From Candidatus Latescibacterota bacterium (GTDB lineage Bacteria; Latescibacterota; UBA2968): a stretch of DNA of 64,000 nt. The DNA lies in contig OZ242195.1 in assembly GCA_965205975.1 (NCBI GenBank), positions 4,128,001 through 4,192,000 of the forward strand, in the 5' to 3' direction. The notes beneath the pieces were generated by a model that was not told the origin of the DNA, searched no databases, and worked only from the letters and a program-made list of their open reading frames with translations. The position numbers and the translations under genes are program-made. Below are positions 59,365-64,000 of the stretch, in pieces. Positions within the stretch are counted from its first letter, which is position 1; each line of letters starts with the position of its first letter.

Positions 59365-60048
59365 ATGAAACGATTTGTTTTTTTGGGGCTATGCCTTTCG
59401 GTAGTGGCCTGTGGAGGTAGTGGAATGGAAGATTTAAAACAAGCCAATGAGAAGTTGAACAATGAGAATCGGTCGTTAAAAAGCTCTTTGAACAAGGCGC
59501 AAAACCAGATTAAGCGGGCTGGCGAGGTCGGAGGCCGAATGCTATTTCTGGTAAAACAGATTCGGGATGTGCGAGCGCGTATCGCGACGAATATGGGGGA
59601 TATTGAATTGAAGTTCTATCCCGAAAAGGCACCTGTTCATTGTTTTGCCTTTATCGCGCGGGCAGAAAGTGGATTTTATAACAATACCAAGTTTCATCGC
59701 GTAATTAAAAATTTTATGATTCAGGGCGGCGATCCAAATTCAAAGGATGATGATTCATCTGATGATGGAACGGGGGGACCCCTCGTACATATCCCTCACG
59801 AATTTAATGATACAAAACATGTACCGGGTATTCTTTCTATGGCACGCATTTCAGATGTGTCGGCGGGTGCTGGCTCACAATTTTTTATTATGCATGGGTC
59901 TTCGCCCAATTTGGACAATCAATATACTGCTTTTGGAGAAGTGACAAAGGGAATGGATGTGGTTAACAGTATTGCAATGGTCGAAACCGCACCAGGGGAT
60001 CGACCTCTAAAACCCGTGGTGATCAAGCGCATAGATGTGTTTCGATAG
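59365..60048 (+). CDS. Cyclophilin-type peptidyl-prolyl isomerase (lipoprotein)
   Basis: Lipobox VVAC; FHRVIKNFMIQGGDP, GILSMAR, AGSQFFI, YTAFGEV. Confidence 0.94.
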   Translation: MKRFVFLGLCLSVVACGGSGMEDLKQANEKLNNENRSLKSSLNKAQNQIKRAGEVGGRMLFLVKQIRDVRARIATNMGDIELKFYPEKAPVHCFAFIARAESGFYNNTKFHRVIKNFMIQGGDPNSKDDDSSDDGTGGPLVHIPHEFNDTKHVPGILSMARISDVSAGAGSQFFIMHGSSPNLDNQYTAFGEVTKGMDVVNSIAMVETAPGDRPLKPVVIKRIDVFR

Positions 60049-60074
60049 ATAGGTGTGAAGAGATGAGATGGGCA

Positions 60075-60145
60075 AGCGGTGTATGAAGGCAAGTAATGAG
60101 CTGCTGATGAACCGTCGCAGTTGTACACCGCTCCGAGCATGACTG
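60075..60145. repeat. Structured repeat, copy C (no parS)
   Basis: 60/65 identical to 56649-56713; closed by agcggtgta..tacaccgct. Confidence 0.8.
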
Positions 60146-60183
60146 CGGCAGCAAGTTCATCAAAGGAGATGTGTCGCATCGAA

Positions 60184-60288
60184 TGTGGAAAAGTGGATAA
60201 TCTTATCAACAATTTAAGTAGTTGATTTTATTTAATAACGGAATAAATTGATATGGAGAGGTGAAAGTTATTCACATACTTTTCCACA
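60184..60288. promoter_or_regulatory. Second DnaA-box cluster
   Basis: TGTGGAAAA, AGTGGATAA, TTATCAACA, TTATTCACA, TTTTCCACA within 105 bp. Confidence 0.7.
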
Positions 60289-60454
60289 ATTCCTCTCAGA
60301 TTTCTCAACGCTGAAATGCAGGCATTTTGGGTTGTTTTTTGGCCTGTGCGGAAGGGATATTTCGCTTGCTACACCTACAGAATTGGCCTATATTTGGATT
60401 TGTTCTAACAGTAGAAAATTCAAATAAAAACTTCACTCTCCGTGGGTTTTAACA

Positions 60455-61054
60455 GTGATTGAAAAAGTTAAAGATGATGTTGCCGAGATTTTGGCACCTT
60501 CTACGGAATATCTCGTCGAAAAACGCTTTACTCCCGATTTGTTGACGATGATCGGGTTTGTTTTCAATATAGGCGCCGCAGTGCTCTTTGGCTTTGGATT
60601 GTATATGTGGGCCGGGTTGACGGTGCTTGTTGCGGGTATTTTTGATTTTCTCGACGGGCAGGTGGCGCGCAAGGGTAAAACAGAATCCAAATTTGGTGCG
60701 CTTCTCGATTCTACTGTTGATCGATATTCCGAAATTTTTATCTGGTTTGGTATCGCGATCAGTTTTATACGAGCTGATGATCTCTGGACAAGCTCGGCGG
60801 TCTTTTTTGCACTGGCAGGATCTCTGATGGTGAGTTATGTGCGCGCGCGCATTGAGGGTCTTGGGGCGGAGTGCAAAGTTGGGTTTATGCAGCGCCCCGA
60901 GCGCATTATTGCCATTGGTGCTGGCGGGGTGTTGGCGATCGTACCTTTGATTGGGGATATTGGTTTGATCGTTGTGGTCTGGGCAATTGCTCTGTTGGGA
61001 AATTTTACTGCGATGGAGCGGGTAATTCACTTTCGAAAACTGACAAAATCATAA
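60455..61054 (+). CDS. CDP-alcohol phosphatidyltransferase (phosphatidylinositol-phosphate synthase-like)
   Basis: DFLDGQVAR..SKFGALLDSTVDR signature; MVSYVRAR..G.MQRPER. Confidence 0.9.
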   Translation: MIEKVKDDVAEILAPSTEYLVEKRFTPDLLTMIGFVFNIGAAVLFGFGLYMWAGLTVLVAGIFDFLDGQVARKGKTESKFGALLDSTVDRYSEIFIWFGIAISFIRADDLWTSSAVFFALAGSLMVSYVRARIEGLGAECKVGFMQRPERIIAIGAGGVLAIVPLIGDIGLIVVVWAIALLGNFTAMERVIHFRKLTKS

Positions 61055-61136
61055 GGCCTGGTTGTCGAATACAGGATGACAAAACCCGGGGGTACCGCCG
61101 GGTTCTTTTTTTCCTTACAGAAAAACGTGGGAACAA

Positions 61137-62207
61137 ATGTCCGGTATTTTCATATCATTTGAAGGTATTGATCAAAGCGGGAAAAGCACCCAGGCCAAGT
61201 TGCTATTTGATCATTTGCAGGAGCGTGGGTACGAGGTTGTATTTACTTATGAGCCGGGCGATACAGAACTCGGTCAAGAAATTCGGCGTCTCGTACTCGA
61301 AAGGAAATCGCAAGGCGAGATTGATGCAACCGCCGAAATGTTCTTATTTTCAGCGGATCGCGTACAGCATGTTAACGAATTGATTCGGCCATCGCTGGAT
61401 GCGGGCAAAGTGGTAATTTCAGATCGTTACGTCGATTCTACATTGGCCTATCAGGGCTATGGTCGCGGGTTGAATCTCGATGACCTGAGAATGGTTCAAA
61501 ACGTGGCCACGGGTGGTTTAAAACCAGATATTACAATCTGGATAGATGTTGATTTGCAGACGGTTCAAAAACGGGAATTGCCACTTTTTTCAGACCGCAT
61601 TGAATCAGAAGATAGAGGAGGAGAGAAAACATTTTTTCAAAGGGTTCGGCAGGGTTTTAAAGAAGCGTGTCAATCTGAACCCAACCGCATTTTCAGGGTG
61701 GATGGAACGCGGTCCATCAGTGCTGTGTTTAAGGATGTTAAAAAGGTAGTTGTTAATCAGATCTCGGTCAGGGATTTATATAAGATTAACTTGAAAGATT
61801 GGGTATTTAGTACCATTGAGAAGGTAGAAAAAGGGACTGCTTGGAACTATGCGTGGCAAGAGACATATTTCGAGTTGGGAGGCAAGAGCAAAGAAAGCGG
61901 ACGTAAATTCTCACCTATGAACGGCACAGAGATCCTGTATCGACTGGGAAGAATAAAAGGCAGTAGAAAGCCTTTTCGAAATCCAGAATTGAAAGAGATA
62001 TGGAACGGTTCAACGAATGGAGCCTATGCAATTCTGGCGTTGGAATACATTTTAGAAAAGCCCGATATTTCTCGGTCCGAGTTGTGGACCAGAATACAAG
62101 AGCGTATTCGTTCTGAATTGGGTGAGGAACCCGCAAGGTTCAATCAAGGTGCTCCCACAGTTGCATATAAGCTGTGGCATCTCGGACTGATCATGCACGA
62201 CAAATGA
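61137..62207 (+). CDS. tmk: Thymidylate kinase with an extra ~145-aa C-terminal domain
   Basis: FISFEGIDQSGKSTQ, EPG, ADRVQH, SDRYVDSTLAYQGYGRG, PD; the frame continues well past the normal ~210-aa end. Confidence 0.9.
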   Translation: MSGIFISFEGIDQSGKSTQAKLLFDHLQERGYEVVFTYEPGDTELGQEIRRLVLERKSQGEIDATAEMFLFSADRVQHVNELIRPSLDAGKVVISDRYVDSTLAYQGYGRGLNLDDLRMVQNVATGGLKPDITIWIDVDLQTVQKRELPLFSDRIESEDRGGEKTFFQRVRQGFKEACQSEPNRIFRVDGTRSISAVFKDVKKVVVNQISVRDLYKINLKDWVFSTIEKVEKGTAWNYAWQETYFELGGKSKESGRKFSPMNGTEILYRLGRIKGSRKPFRNPELKEIWNGSTNGAYAILALEYILEKPDISRSELWTRIQERIRSELGEEPARFNQGAPTVAYKLWHLGLIMHDK

Positions 62208-62248
62208 GTTTGCTGTAAGAACCCGTTACCACAAACTGGAGGCGCCCC

Positions 62249-64000
62249 ATGTTTCTCCGAAGAAGATTCGCCATTTTTATAACTTTAATTGGTGTTTTAG
62301 GTGTTTATCTGGTGCTCGATTCCCGGTTGGTGACCGGCGAAGATACTTATGAGCAATTGGGGCGCGGTTTTGATGAGATTAACGAAGCCTACCGCCTGCT
62401 CTTCAACCAGTATGTCGATGAGCTGAAGCCAGGGGATTTGAGCAAGGCTGCCATTTCCGGAATGTTGTGGGATCTGGATCCTTATACGACCCTTTTTGAT
62501 AGTAGTGACCTCAAGCAACTTCAGATCGAAACACAGGGCAAATTTGGTGGGCTGGGCATTATGATCAGCAAGCGAGGAAAGGATGATGGGCCTCCGGTTG
62601 TGATGAGTGTTATTGAAGGCACGCCTGCCGACTCCACCAGGCTCGTTGTGGGAGATCGCATCGTCGCGATTGACGGGGATCCGACTTTTGACAAGGATCT
62701 GCGCGAAATTGTCGATGTTTTGCGGGGTGATCCTGGCGCTGGCGTGACCATTAAAATTGAGCGACCAGGGATGAAGGACCCCTTTGATCAGCCCATTATT
62801 CGGGCGCGCATTGACATTTCAAGTGTACAAATTCCGGGCGAAGTCGATCCCGATATCGGTTATATTTCCATGTCCTGGCTCAGTGCTTCTCGATTTACTG
62901 AACGCACAGGAGGAGAGTTGCAACAGGCATTGATAAGAGCGCTCAATAATGGTGCGACGGGGATTATCTTGGATTTGCGCGGCAATCCGGGAGGCTTACT
63001 CAACGCGGCGGTTGATGTGGTCGATAAATTTTTGCCATCTGATCGCCTGGTCGTGTCAACCAGAGGTCGCCTTTCGGATCAGAGTCGCAGTCACAAAACG
63101 CGCGACGACTCCGTATTGCCCGCCGAGATTCCACTCGTGATCCTGGTTGACGAGCGCAGTGCCAGTGCATCAGAAATTGTCGCAGGGGCAATTCAGGATT
63201 GGGATCGGGGGGTTATAGTGGGCACGCAAACATTTGGAAAAGGCTCTGTACAAACCGTGCGCCAACTGGGGCCAAAGGGCGATAAGGCTTTGAAGCTGAC
63301 AACAGCAGCCTATTATACGCCGAGTGGACGCAGCATTCACAATGCTGAGAAGCGCCGATATCGCGGCGGTCCCATTGAGATTACTGTGGGAAATTCAACA
63401 CAGGTTTCGGCCTATGAACTCTTTGGTATTATTGGTCAGGCTGAACGGCGCGAAGATGTTATTACGGAACTCGAGGAGAGATTTGATCTGGACAAGGACC
63501 TGGCTGAAGAGGTACTTGGAATGCGGTTGGAAGGGTTGTTGGGGTTGGCTACCAAAGAGCATAATGGGCCTGAAGATATCGATCCTGAAAAGGTATTTAC
63601 AACGCGCGTGAACAAGCGCAAAGTTTATGGCGGCGGTGGGATTAAGCCCGATGTGGTGGTTGAACAAGAGCGTAGGCCACGGCTGGTGATAGCATTATTG
63701 CGCGAGGGGTTGATTTTTGATTTTGCGGTTGATTTTGCAACAAAGCAATCATTCCCCAATCGGTTTGAAGACTACACCTTGCCCGAAGATATTGTCGCTC
63801 AATTCTGGACTTTCATGGCAGATTCATCCAATGCCGAGGGTTTTGACTATAAAGCGGATACAGAAATTCAAGTGCAAGAGGTCAAGAAATCACTAAAAGA
63901 GAAGGATGTATTGACAGACGAGACCATAGCCGCACTCAATCAATTGTTACAGGCTGCCGAGCGCGAGCGCGAAGCCGATTATAATAAGGCCGAGCCGTAT
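62249..64000 (+). CDS. S41 family C-terminal processing protease (CtpA/Prc-like), truncated by the window edge; absent from the ORF track
   Basis: GGAGG RBS; MFLRRRF..LDPYT, FGGLGI PDZ start, DLRGNPGGLL, SASASEIVAGAIQD, TFGKGSVQ, YYTPSGRSI, GGGIKPD. Confidence 0.95.
   Translation, partial: MFLRRRFAIFITLIGVLGVYLVLDSRLVTGEDTYEQLGRGFDEINEAYRLLFNQYVDELKPGDLSKAAISGMLWDLDPYTTLFDSSDLKQLQIETQGKFGGLGIMISKRGKDDGPPVVMSVIEGTPADSTRLVVGDRIVAIDGDPTFDKDLREIVDVLRGDPGAGVTIKIERPGMKDPFDQPIIRARIDISSVQIPGEVDPDIGYISMSWLSASRFTERTGGELQQALIRALNNGATGIILDLRGNPGGLLNAAVDVVDKFLPSDRLVVSTRGRLSDQSRSHKTRDDSVLPAEIPLVILVDERSASASEIVAGAIQDWDRGVIVGTQTFGKGSVQTVRQLGPKGDKALKLTTAAYYTPSGRSIHNAEKRRYRGGPIEITVGNSTQVSAYELFGIIGQAERREDVITELEERFDLDKDLAEEVLGMRLEGLLGLATKEHNGPEDIDPEKVFTTRVNKRKVYGGGGIKPDVVVEQERRPRLVIALLREGLIFDFAVDFATKQSFPNRFEDYTLPEDIVAQFWTFMADSSNAEGFDYKADTEIQVQEVKKSLKEKDVLTDETIAALNQLLQAAEREREADYNKAEPY

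Noticed and set aside
56649..60145. A/G-only differences between repeat copies as a DGR template/variable pair
   Set aside because: Both copies are intergenic, the changes are plain transitions, and no reverse transcriptase is present.

Overview
This window is the replication-origin region of a bacterial chromosome. The right half carries dnaA (- strand), an oriC-like DnaA-box/DnaA-trio cluster at ~49.8-50.2 kb, rpmH-rnpA-yidC-mnmE-rsmG and two parS sites. dnaN-recF-dciA-gyrB-gyrA lie ~20 kb away on the opposite strand, after addAB, and are separated from dnaA by hom and a sulfatase/dehydrogenase catabolic cluster containing a PIN toxin-antitoxin pair. The left 23 kb is accessory. Its best candidate for an undescribed system is a co-directional minus-strand island (2.6-10.5 kb) behind a perfect sigma54 promoter: a triple-AAA ATPase, a TPR protein, two paralogues carrying phage T3 SAM-lyase-like motifs (one bracketed by 27-bp inverted repeats), and a DUF262-DUF1524 (GmrSD-like) nuclease. 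Other notable observations are parS embedded in a structured repeat family, a GyrA-like helical segment inserted in a CtpA protease, a tmk C-terminal fusion, an alpha/beta-hydrolase fused to a SAM-hydrolase C-terminal domain, candidate NrdR boxes at dnaA, a second DnaA-box cluster, and accessory genes flanked by duplicated RBS/start junctions. No rRNA, tRNA, CRISPR array, transposase or integrase was seen. All family calls come from motif recognition by eye; no database searches were run. The sulfatase richness and TPR type are compatible with a marine or sponge-associated uncultured lineage (inference only).
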